NCBI GenBank assembly: GCA_041482275.1
Contig: JBGPDL010000002.1
Coordinates: 16,545-80,544 of the forward strand
Length of the DNA: 64,000 nt
Source of the DNA: Gemmatimonadota bacterium
Lineage (GTDB): Bacteria; Gemmatimonadota; Gemmatimonadetes; Gemmatimonadales; GWC2-71-9
Direction of reading: 5' to 3'
Shown here piece by piece: positions 46,066-54,410 of this stretch. A program made the translations under genes and the position numbers. The first letter of the stretch is position 1; each line of letters starts with the position of its first letter. A model generated the notes under the pieces. It did no database searches, was not told the DNA's origin, and saw only the letters and a program-made list of their open reading frames with translations.

Positions 46066-48321
46066 ATGACCACGACGAACTTCCCGGACGAATGGCTGGC
46101 GCACTCCCTCGAGGGAGTGGTCACCCCCGAGCTCCTCGCTGAGCTGCGGGAGAAAGCCGTACCGCAGGCGACGTTATGGGAGACGCTCGTGGCCCAGAAG
46201 GTCGCGAGTGACGAGCAGATCCTGACGGCGCTCGCGGCGCGCTTCCGGCTGAAGTTCGCCGACCTGCATCAGATGGATCCGGCGGCGAAGGAGCGCGTGC
46301 CCGAGGCGGTCGCCCGCCGCTACCACATCCTGCCGTTCCGCGCCACCGACTCCTACCTCGAAGTGGCGACCGCGAATCCGTTCGACCTCGATGCCGAAAA
46401 GGCGCTTGCCTTCGCGACCGCCCGTGAGATCCGGATGCTCTTGCTCGCGCCGTCCAAGATCGCCGAGAAGCTGGACGAGATGTACCGGCCAGAAAAAGCG
46501 GTCGACAAGCTGCTCGAGGGGATGGGGAGCTCGGCCGAGCTGGTCCAGCTCAAGGATCAGCTGGCCCCGGAGGAGATCGCGGCGTCCGAGGCGGAGGCGA
46601 GCCAGCGGCCGGTGGTGCGGCTCGTGGATCTGATCATTTCCGAAGGGATCCTGGCGCGCTCGAGCGACATCCACATCGAGCCGGAAGAGGGCGGCGTGGC
46701 GGTGCGCTACCGCATCGACGGCGTCCTGCGCCAGGTGATGAAGATCCCGCGCCAGGCTGGGCTGCCGCTCATCTCCCGCATCAAGATCATGTCTTCCCTC
46801 GACATCGCCGACCGGCTGCGGCCGCAGGACGGCCGCGCGCGTGTGGCGGTGAACGGCCAGCCGATCGACCTGCGCGTCTCGACCCTGCCCGCGTCGCAGG
46901 GTGAGAAGGTCGTGATCCGCATCCTCGATTCGCGTGCCACCGTGAAATCGCTCGACTCGCTGGGGCTGAACACCAACGAGACCGAGGGCATTAAGCGGCT
47001 GCTCGAGAACCACGAGGGGATTCTCCTCGTCACGGGTCCCACGGGGTCCGGCAAGACCACCACGCTCTACTCCTGCATCAACCAGATCAAGAGCGAGGGC
47101 GTGAACATCGTCACGGTCGAGGACCCGGTCGAATACCGGATGCAGGGGATCGTGCAGGTGCAGGTGCAGGAGAAGGCGGGGCTCACCTTTGCGGCGGCGT
47201 TGCGCTCGATCCTGCGCCAGGACCCGAACGTGGTCCTCGTTGGCGAGATCCGCGACCGCGAGACGGCGCAGGTCGCTGTGCAGGCGTCGCTCACCGGTCA
47301 CCTGGTGCTGTCGACGCTGCACACGAACGACGCGGCGAACGCGGTCACGCGGCTCGTGGACATCGGGGTCGAGGCCTACAAGATCGCGGCGGCGCTGCGC
47401 GGCGTGGTGGCGCAGCGGCTGATGCGCAAGCTGTGCCCCACCTGCAAGGAAGTATGGATGGAGGCGCCCGCCGACCGTCTCAGGAAATGGGTCCCGAAGG
47501 GCACGCCGCTGTACCGCGCCGCCGGGTGTCCCGACTGCGCCATGACGGGATACCGGGGCCGCTTCTCGATCGTCGAAGTCCTGACGGTGTCCCCCGAGGT
47601 CGAGCGGCGCATCGCCGCGGGTGAGACGGCGGACCACCTCGCCGCCGCGGCCCGCCGCTCCGGCATGAAGGGCCTGTGGGAATCCGGGTTGGAGCACGTG
47701 CTGCGGGGGGAGTCGACGCTCGACGAGCTGACGCGGGTCGTGGATATCCCGCAGGAGGACGAGCGGCCCTCCGGGCCTGCGGCCGCCCCACGCCGCGGGA
47801 GCGGCGGGATGCCGCAGGCACACCCGGGGCCCCACGCGGGCCACGGTGGCGTCGGCGAAGGCGCGCCGGCCTCCGCGTCGCTGACCGAGCACTTCGAGCT
47901 GCTCGAAGAGCCGGAGCCGCTGCGCGTTTCGGGGCCGCACGGCCTGCCGGCACGCAAGGTGCTGCTCGTGGACGATGAGGACAGCCTGCGCAAGGTCGTG
48001 AAGGATCTGCTCGAGCGCGACGGCTACATCGTCTCCGAGGCGCGGGACGGCGTGCAGGCGCTCGATCAAGTGGACCGGGTGGGCCCCGACATCATCGTGC
48101 TGGATCTCAACATGCCCGGGCTCGACGGCTACGGCGTGCTGTCGCACCTCCGCTCGCGCCCCGCCACGGCCGACATTCCGGTCATCGTGCTCACTGCGAA
48201 GGGCGACGAAGACAACGAGGTCCGGGTGTTCGAGCTCGGCGCCGACGACTTTCTCACGAAGCCGTTCCGCGCGCGGGCCCTGTCGGCGCGACTCGAGGCG
48301 GTGCTGGGACGGCGGCGCTAG
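46066..48321 (+). CDS. GspE/PilB-type secretion ATPase fused to a C-terminal response-regulator receiver domain
   Basis: ORF 46066..48321. T2SSE_N-like N-domain, Walker A GPTGSGKTTT, VLVGEIRD, LSTLHTNDA, tetra-Cys CPTC...CPDC. After a Pro/Gly linker there is a complete REC (LLVDDED, IVLDLNMPGLDG, VIVLTAKG, FLTKPF). Confidence 0.88.
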   Translation: MTTTNFPDEWLAHSLEGVVTPELLAELREKAVPQATLWETLVAQKVASDEQILTALAARFRLKFADLHQMDPAAKERVPEAVARRYHILPFRATDSYLEVATANPFDLDAEKALAFATAREIRMLLLAPSKIAEKLDEMYRPEKAVDKLLEGMGSSAELVQLKDQLAPEEIAASEAEASQRPVVRLVDLIISEGILARSSDIHIEPEEGGVAVRYRIDGVLRQVMKIPRQAGLPLISRIKIMSSLDIADRLRPQDGRARVAVNGQPIDLRVSTLPASQGEKVVIRILDSRATVKSLDSLGLNTNETEGIKRLLENHEGILLVTGPTGSGKTTTLYSCINQIKSEGVNIVTVEDPVEYRMQGIVQVQVQEKAGLTFAAALRSILRQDPNVVLVGEIRDRETAQVAVQASLTGHLVLSTLHTNDAANAVTRLVDIGVEAYKIAAALRGVVAQRLMRKLCPTCKEVWMEAPADRLRKWVPKGTPLYRAAGCPDCAMTGYRGRFSIVEVLTVSPEVERRIAAGETADHLAAAARRSGMKGLWESGLEHVLRGESTLDELTRVVDIPQEDERPSGPAAAPRRGSGGMPQAHPGPHAGHGGVGEGAPASASLTEHFELLEEPEPLRVSGPHGLPARKVLLVDDEDSLRKVVKDLLERDGYIVSEARDGVQALDQVDRVGPDIIVLDLNMPGLDGYGVLSHLRSRPATADIPVIVLTAKGDEDNEVRVFELGADDFLTKPFRARALSARLEAVLGRRR

Positions 48322-48341
48322 CCGCTCGCAGGGAAGTCCTC

Positions 48342-48809
48342 ATGACCGACGTGGAAGTTGCGTTCGTGGACGCGTACGTGCTCCGCGCGAGCGGGACGGG
48401 GCTCGAGGTGCTGGTGCTGCGGCGCGGGCCGGCGGGCCGCTCGCCCGGCTCGTGGGAGACGGTGCACGGTCACATCGAGCTCGGAGAGACGCCGGTGCAA
48501 GCGGCCCTGCGCGAGGTGCGCGAGGAAACGGGGCTCGAACCTGCGCGCTTCTACAACGTGTCGCGCGTGGAGGCGTTGTACCGCCACCGGACGGACGCGA
48601 TCGCGCTGATTCCGGTGTTTGCGGCGCTCGTGGACGGTGCGGCGCCGGCGCGACACTCGGGTGAGCACGATCGTGCCGAATGGCTCGCGCCCGCCGCCGC
48701 GGCCGGGCGGTTCTCCTGGCCCCGGGAGCGCAGAGCACTGGAAGACGTTTTGTCAATCCTCGGCTCGGGGGACGCGGGCTTGCTGGAGGACGTGCTGCGG
48801 GTATGCTAA
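48342..48809 (+). CDS. NUDIX hydrolase
   Basis: ORF 48342..48809. Nudix box GHIELGETPVQAALREVREETGL. Confidence 0.85.
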   Translation: MTDVEVAFVDAYVLRASGTGLEVLVLRRGPAGRSPGSWETVHGHIELGETPVQAALREVREETGLEPARFYNVSRVEALYRHRTDAIALIPVFAALVDGAAPARHSGEHDRAEWLAPAAAAGRFSWPRERRALEDVLSILGSGDAGLLEDVLRVC

Positions 48810-48879
48810 CAGGCGCCCGCGCTGGACGATGGCACGGCGGCGGTAGGTTGAAGGCGACCTCGAGGGATACCGACGGCAT

Positions 48880-49266
48880 GTGAATCCGTTCTACCATCGC
48901 ATCTATCGGATCGTCCGTCACATTCCCAAGGGCCGGGTCGCGACCTACGGCCTGGTGGCGCGGCTCGCCGGCCGGCCCGGCGCGGCCCGCACGGTGGGCT
49001 GGGCGCTCTCGGCATTGCCCGATGACTCGGATGTGCCGTGGTGGCGCGTTCTCAACGCCGCGGGCCGTATCTCGCTGTCCGGCACCGACCACGGCAGCGT
49101 GGTGCAGCGTGCCTTGCTGCTGCGGGAAGGGCTGAAATTTTCTGCGGGCGGTGCGGTGAATCTCGCGACCTTCGGCTGGCCGGCCGAGGCCTACGACAGC
49201 GCGGCCGCCCACACCCGCGCGGCTTCGTCCCGCAGATCGCGCAGGTTGAAAGGTTTGCGGACGTAG
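48880..49266 (+). CDS. Alkyltransferase-like (ATL) DNA-damage sensor, MGMT-fold without the acceptor Cys
   Basis: ORF 48880..49266. Collinear with E. coli YbaZ from memory (IPKGRVATYGLVARLAGRPGAARTVG...VPWWRVLNAAGRISL). Trp replaces the PCHRV cysteine. The 3' tail overlaps the convergent kinase gene. Confidence 0.8.
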   Translation: MNPFYHRIYRIVRHIPKGRVATYGLVARLAGRPGAARTVGWALSALPDDSDVPWWRVLNAAGRISLSGTDHGSVVQRALLLREGLKFSAGGAVNLATFGWPAEAYDSAAAHTRAASSRRSRRLKGLRT

Positions 49267-51296
49267 CGCAGGCCCAGACGCACCAGCGCATCGTCGGCCG
49301 CCGGCACCGCCCCCGTCGCCACCAGCACCCTACCTTTGAGTCCCGGGTGCGACTCCACCAATTGCTCCACGAACGGTTGATCGCGTGCCCGCGCCTCGCG
49401 GTCCGCGAGGATCAGGTCGTACATGCGGCTGCGGGCCAGATCGAGCCCGTGTTGGGCGTTGCGCGCCACCTCCACGGTGTGTCCCTCGCCCCCGAAGAAG
49501 GCCTTCACCATGCGGCGCACCGCCGGATCGTCGTCCACGAGCAGGATGGCGCGCTTCGCCGCGGCCGGAGCCACGGCCGCGTGAGGCTCGGGCGTGTCGC
49601 GGCGCGGGGCGTCGGCGGGCGCGACGGGCAGGTCGACCAGGAACGCCGCACCCCCGTCCGCCGGCTGCTCGACCGTGATCCGCCCGCCGTGCGCCTCCAC
49701 AATCGAGTACGTGATCGACAACCCCAGCCCCGTGCCCTGGCCCGGCTCCTTGGTCGTGAAGAACGGCGTGAACAGGTGCGGCAGCACTTCGTCGGCGATG
49801 CCCGGTCCCGAATCGGACACCCGCAGGCGGACACGGTCGTTCGCCCAGGTGTGCACCCGGATGGCGCGCGGCCGCTCCGGCGGATTGAGCGCCACCGCCT
49901 GCGCCGCGTTGTTCAGCAGGTTAATGACCACCTGCTGGAGTGCGTGGCGGTCCCCCAACACCGGCGGGACATGCGCCAGGTTTTTCTCGATGGTGATGTC
50001 CTTGAGCTGGAGGTCGTAGCTCATCAGCAGCAGGGTGCGCTGAATCACGTCGTTCAAATCCACCGTGACCCGCTCGCCTGGGCCTTGGCGCGCGAAGGTG
50101 AGCAGGTTCCGCACGATCCGGCCCGCCCGGTCGGCCTGCTCGTGAATCACGCGCAGGTGCCCGCGGTCCTTGCTTCCCAGCTCCTTCTGCTCGAGCAGGA
50201 ACTCCGACAGGCCCGCGATGGACGTCAAAGGGTTGTTAAGCTCGTGTGCCACGCCCGAGACGAGCTGCCCCACCGCGGCGAGCTTCTCGCTCTGGATCAG
50301 CTGGGCCTCCATCGCCTGCTGGTCCGTGACGTCCTCCACGAGCACCACGAGGTTCTGCTCCTGCGCCGGCGCCGGGATGCGGGCGGCGTTCACGCGGATC
50401 GTGCGGCCGAGCGTGGCGGAGCGGAGCACGAGCGGCTGCGGCCGGCCGCCGTGGCGCGCGGCGGCGACGAGCTCGGAGAGGGCGGGGGAAGGGCCGAGCA
50501 GCGCCTCGACTAGGTCACGCCCGATCACCGCCGGGATCGGCGCTCCCACGAGCGACGCGAACGCGTGGTTGGCGCGCCGCACCCGGCCGGCGTCGTCCAC
50601 CACGGCGATCCCCTCCGAGAGCGCGTCGAACGCCGTCTCCCACTGCTCCTTGGCGTGGCGCACCATCTCGAAGAAGCGGGCGTTGGCGATGACGATGGCG
50701 GCGTGCGTGGCCACGGTCGAGAGCAGGCGCGTGTCCTCGGGGCCGAACCCCCCCTCGCGCGGATTGGCAATCACGAGCGTGCCCACCACCACACCGTGCG
50801 CGCGCAGCGGGACGGCGGCCGCCGAATCCACCGTTAGACCGTCCATCAGCTGCGCCGGCTCCGCCCCCACGTTGCGCACCAGTTCGAGCCGCTCGCGGCC
50901 CAGCGCGCGCGCCACCAGGCCGGGATCGTCTGCGCGGACGGTGCGTCCCGTGAGCGGTGCCAGCGTCCCCTCGGCCGCCGTCACGCGCAGCAGGCGTGGC
51001 TCGCCCCCGCCTCCTCCTTCGCCGTCGGGCGCGAGGGCGATCAGCGCCCCCTGCGCGTCGAGGAAGCGCATCGCGTAGCCCACCACCTGCTCCACGATGC
51101 GGTCGAGCTGCAGCGAGCCGGACAGGATGTAGGACAGCTCCTGGAGGGAGAACAGCTCGGAAAGCCGCCGGTTCAACTCGTCGGCGGCGCGCTGCCGGTC
51201 CCGCTCGCTTTGGGCGAGGCGTCGCCGGAGACGAATCGCCCCCCAACCCAGGCCGGCGGCGGCGAAAAGCAACAGCGCGGTGAGGATGAGCTGCAT
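49191..51296 (-). CDS. Hybrid sensor histidine kinase (TM - GAF - PAS - HisKA - HATPase - REC)
   Basis: ORF 49191..51308, ATG 51296 preferred (MQLILTALLLF). H-box VAHELNNPLTSI, N/G boxes, and C-terminal REC (ILLVDDDP...LILAD...KPF). Confidence 0.88.
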   Translation of the reverse strand: MQLILTALLLFAAAGLGWGAIRLRRRLAQSERDRQRAADELNRRLSELFSLQELSYILSGSLQLDRIVEQVVGYAMRFLDAQGALIALAPDGEGGGGGEPRLLRVTAAEGTLAPLTGRTVRADDPGLVARALGRERLELVRNVGAEPAQLMDGLTVDSAAAVPLRAHGVVVGTLVIANPREGGFGPEDTRLLSTVATHAAIVIANARFFEMVRHAKEQWETAFDALSEGIAVVDDAGRVRRANHAFASLVGAPIPAVIGRDLVEALLGPSPALSELVAAARHGGRPQPLVLRSATLGRTIRVNAARIPAPAQEQNLVVLVEDVTDQQAMEAQLIQSEKLAAVGQLVSGVAHELNNPLTSIAGLSEFLLEQKELGSKDRGHLRVIHEQADRAGRIVRNLLTFARQGPGERVTVDLNDVIQRTLLLMSYDLQLKDITIEKNLAHVPPVLGDRHALQQVVINLLNNAAQAVALNPPERPRAIRVHTWANDRVRLRVSDSGPGIADEVLPHLFTPFFTTKEPGQGTGLGLSITYSIVEAHGGRITVEQPADGGAAFLVDLPVAPADAPRRDTPEPHAAVAPAAAKRAILLVDDDPAVRRMVKAFFGGEGHTVEVARNAQHGLDLARSRMYDLILADREARARDQPFVEQLVESHPGLKGRVLVATGAVPAADDALVRLGLRYVRKPFNLRDLRDEAARVWAAALS

Positions 51297-51316
51297 GAGG
51301 CACAACAATAAGCTGC

Positions 51317-51345
51317 TTGACCGCCGGAATCCCGACTTTTAGATT
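51317..51345 (+). promoter_or_regulatory. Candidate sigma-70-type promoter for the porin/FMN_bind/ApbE operon
   Basis: TTGACC (51317-51322), a 17-nt spacer, then TAGATT (51340-51345), inside the only clearly AT-rich spacer of the window, about 55 nt upstream of ATG 51401. Pattern match only. Confidence 0.3.
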
Positions 51346-51400
51346 CGGCTATCCGATCGCCTGATAATGGTTCTCAACTAATTCTCCCACAGGGTCGCTC

Positions 51401-52525
51401 ATGGCGAAGGCGGGCTGCAAGTGGGCGCTGGGTCTCGCCCTCCTGAGCGTCGTGCCGCGGGTCTGCGCCGCGCAGGAGCGTACCACGCTGGGCGGCTACG
51501 GCGAGGTCCACTACTCGAACCCCACGGGCCCGAGCACGCCGCCCGTCGTCAACCTGGCCCGGTTCGTCGTGTACCTCGCCCACAGCTTCGACGCCCGGTT
51601 GGCGCTCCGCTCGGAGCTCGAAGTGGAGGACGCGAAGGTTGAGGGCGGCGCCGCGGGCGGCGAAGTCTCGCTTGAGCAGGCTTATCTCGACTACCGCCTG
51701 AGCGACGGGCTGACCATTCGCACCGGCCTCGTCCTGCCGCCGGTGGGGATCATCAACGAGACGCACGAGCCGCCGACCTTCAACGGCGTCGACCGGCCCG
51801 GCTTCGATCACGACGTGATCCCCACGACGTGGCGTGAAATCGGGATCGGCGCTGTGGGCACGATGCCGGGTGGCGGCGGGCTCGTCTATCGCGTGTATCT
51901 CGTAAACGGGCTTCGCGCCGCTGGCTTCTCGGACGCGGAGGGAATCCGCGGCGGGCGGCAGGAGGGACGCCAGGCGAGCTTCGCCAATCCATCAATCACC
52001 GGGCGGCTCGAGTGGGCGCGCCCGGGCTGGAAGGTCGGTGGCTCGTTCTGGTACGGCGGCACGGCCGACACCAACACGGCCGTGGGGACGGGGAGCTTCG
52101 GGGCCCCGGTCACGCTGCTGGCGGTGGACGCGCGCCACGACGTCGGGGCGTTCGCGCTACGCGGCGTCCTCGCCGGCATCAGCGTGAGCGATGCGCAGGC
52201 GATCAACGCGGCGTACGGGCAATCGGTGGGGAGCCGCATCGCGGGCGGCTACATCGAGGTGGCCTGCAACGTGCTGCGCGCACTCGCCCCGGCTTCGTCT
52301 CAGAAGGTCGACGCATTCGTGCGCCACGAGCGCTACGACACGCAGGCGGACGTCCCCGTGGGCGTCACGCGCGACCGCGCGCTCGCGCGCCGGATCACCA
52401 CGCTCGGCCTGACCTACAAGCCTACCTGGAACACGGCGTTCAAGGGAGACTACCAGCTGGTGCGCAACGCCGCCGGAGCGGGGGAGCACGACGTCCTGAG
52501 TTTCGGGGTCGGCTACCAGTTCTGA
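51401..52525 (+). CDS. Outer-membrane porin-like beta-barrel protein
   Basis: ORF 51401..52525. Signal peptide ...VVPRVCAAQE, GGYGEVHY start typical of porins, ends ...SFGVGYQF. Confidence 0.6.
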   Translation: MAKAGCKWALGLALLSVVPRVCAAQERTTLGGYGEVHYSNPTGPSTPPVVNLARFVVYLAHSFDARLALRSELEVEDAKVEGGAAGGEVSLEQAYLDYRLSDGLTIRTGLVLPPVGIINETHEPPTFNGVDRPGFDHDVIPTTWREIGIGAVGTMPGGGGLVYRVYLVNGLRAAGFSDAEGIRGGRQEGRQASFANPSITGRLEWARPGWKVGGSFWYGGTADTNTAVGTGSFGAPVTLLAVDARHDVGAFALRGVLAGISVSDAQAINAAYGQSVGSRIAGGYIEVACNVLRALAPASSQKVDAFVRHERYDTQADVPVGVTRDRALARRITTLGLTYKPTWNTAFKGDYQLVRNAAGAGEHDVLSFGVGYQF

Positions 52526-52526
52526 C

Positions 52527-53000
52527 ATGAACGGCGTGCTCGCGGTTCTGCTGCTCGTGGCCCAGCAACCGGGTGCCCCGCCGGGCAGGGTCGCCGCCTC
52601 GCTCACACGGCTGTTCGGGCCCGGCGCGCGCGTCGACACCCTGCGGGTGGATAGCTTCACCGTGATGCGGGTGTCGCGCGCTGACTCACTGCTCGGCTTC
52701 GCCGCGGTGGGCAATGTGCCGGGCAAAGACCAGCCGATCACCTTTCTCGTGGCTGTCGACCCGGCGGACCGGCTCAGGGACGTGGACATCCTGGTGTATC
52801 GCGAGCCGTACGGCGGCGAGGTGGCCTACGAGGCGTGGCGGCGGCAGTTCCGCGGGAAGGGCACCGGCGACTCGCTCCGGGTGGGGAGAGAGATCCGGAG
52901 CATCTCCGGTGCCACGATCAGTGTGCACGCGGTGACCCTGGGGGTGCGGCGGCTGCTCGCGCAGCTGACCGCCTGGCACCAGAGCGGCGCGATCCAATGA
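52527..53000 (+). CDS. FMN_bind-domain protein (periplasmic, flavinylation motif present)
   Basis: ORF 52527..53000. N-terminal hydrophobic anchor. C-terminal ...IRSISGATISVHAVTLGV carries the S-G-A-T flavinylation motif of NqrC/RnfG/NosR-type domains. Starts 1 nt after the porin stop. Confidence 0.75.
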   Translation: MNGVLAVLLLVAQQPGAPPGRVAASLTRLFGPGARVDTLRVDSFTVMRVSRADSLLGFAAVGNVPGKDQPITFLVAVDPADRLRDVDILVYREPYGGEVAYEAWRRQFRGKGTGDSLRVGREIRSISGATISVHAVTLGVRRLLAQLTAWHQSGAIQ

Positions 53001-53485
53001 CGGTCACCTGGCGTACCGTACCGGCGACACTCCGCACCCTGGCGCGCTGGACGATGATCGTCCAGGTCGTGGGCTACACCACGTCGCTGGTGTTCGTGTG
53101 GCACACCACGCGGCTCACGCCGCCGGGGATCGCGTCGCGCTACCGCGGCGCGAACCCCGAGGCGGTCGAAGGCGCGATGCAGTTCCCGAAGTCGTTCGCG
53201 GAGATGCTCACGATCACCCACACGCACCTGCTCTCGATGGCGGTGATCTTCGTGATCACGGGGATCGGGGTGGCCTTGTGCGAGCGGATGGGGGAGCGCT
53301 GGAAGCGGCTGCTCGTGGCCGAGCCGTTCGCCGCCCTGCTGGTCTCGTTTGCGGCGATGTGGCTCATGCGTTACGGGGACGCGCGATTCGCGTGGCTGCT
53401 CGAGGCCTCGAGCTCGGTGCTGGCCGTGACGTTCTATGTGCAGTCCTATCTGATCCTCCGCGAGCTTCGTCGTGCAGCGGCGTGA
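52997..53485 (+). CDS. 4-TM membrane protein with conserved-looking His cluster (THTH), function unknown
   Basis: Last 162 aa of ORF 52835..53485. The ATG at 52997 overlaps the upstream stop (ATGA). Four hydrophobic helices, with His in WHTTR and ITHTHLL. Confidence 0.55.
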   Translation: MTVTWRTVPATLRTLARWTMIVQVVGYTTSLVFVWHTTRLTPPGIASRYRGANPEAVEGAMQFPKSFAEMLTITHTHLLSMAVIFVITGIGVALCERMGERWKRLLVAEPFAALLVSFAAMWLMRYGDARFAWLLEASSSVLAVTFYVQSYLILRELRRAAA

Positions 53486-54410
53486 CTTCTTGCAGGTGGT
53501 AGGCGCCGGCTGTTGGGCGCTGGGGACGGGTATGCCATGTCTCGACGTCCGGGACGACGTGTTCGTCGAGCGCTGGTCGTGGGCCATGGGCCAGGCGGTG
53601 CACGTCATGGTGTTCGCCGCCTCGGAGCAGGAGGGGCTCGATGGCTGCGCCGCGGCGCTCGCGGAGCTGCGGCGGGTGGAGACCCGGCTCACCCTGTTCG
53701 ACGACGCGAGCGACCTGTGCGAGCTGAACCGCTGTGCCGGCCGGAAGGGGATGCGCGTCGACCGGGATCTGCGCGCGGTGCTCGAGCTCGCCGGAGCGTT
53801 CCAACGGCAAACCGGCGGCGCGTTCGACGTTGCGGTCGAGCCGCTGATGCGCGTGTGGGGGTTTCGCCGGCCGCGGGCGAGCGCACCGGCGGCGTCTGAG
53901 CTCGCCGAGGCACGCGCCGCCGTGGCGGCGGCTGTGGTGCTGCTCCACGGGGACGTGGCCCGGCTGCCGAGCGCCCACACCCAGCTCGACTTCGGCTCGA
54001 TCGGCGTGGGCTACGGCATCGACCGGGCGCTTCAGGTGTTGCGCGGGCGCGGGTTGGGTCGGGCGTTCCTCGACGTGAGCGGCGACGTGGCCGCGCTCGG
54101 CGCGCCGCCCGGAGAGTCGGGTTGGTTGGTGGAGATCGCCGATCCAGACCGGCACCATCGCGCCGTGGCTGCGACGCGACTCCGCGACGCGGCACTCGCC
54201 ACCGCGGCGAACACGGAGGCGATCGTGCGTTACGGTTCGCTCGTCGCCGGGCACGTGATGGACCCGGCGACCGGGTGGCCGGCGCGGGCGCTCACGCAGG
54301 CCTCGGTGGTGACGCGCACGGCGACGGCGGCGGACGCGTTGTCCACGGCGATGCTGGTGTCGGGGCGGAAGCCGCTCGGCGCCCTTCGCAGCTACGCCGT
54401 ACGCTCCTGA
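53472..54410 (+). CDS. apbE: FAD:protein FMN transferase ApbE
   Basis: ORF 53472..54410. Tat-like N-terminus (QRRDFLQVVGAG). GGAFDVAVEPLMRVWGF and GVGYGIDRA motifs. Confidence 0.88.
   Translation: MQRRDFLQVVGAGCWALGTGMPCLDVRDDVFVERWSWAMGQAVHVMVFAASEQEGLDGCAAALAELRRVETRLTLFDDASDLCELNRCAGRKGMRVDRDLRAVLELAGAFQRQTGGAFDVAVEPLMRVWGFRRPRASAPAASELAEARAAVAAAVVLLHGDVARLPSAHTQLDFGSIGVGYGIDRALQVLRGRGLGRAFLDVSGDVAALGAPPGESGWLVEIADPDRHHRAVAATRLRDAALATAANTEAIVRYGSLVAGHVMDPATGWPARALTQASVVTRTATAADALSTAMLVSGRKPLGALRSYAVRS

Noticed and set aside
46174-48147. 657-aa minus-strand ORF opposite the GspE-REC gene
   Set aside because: It is antisense to a gene with complete Walker, His-box and REC motifs. It has no features of its own.
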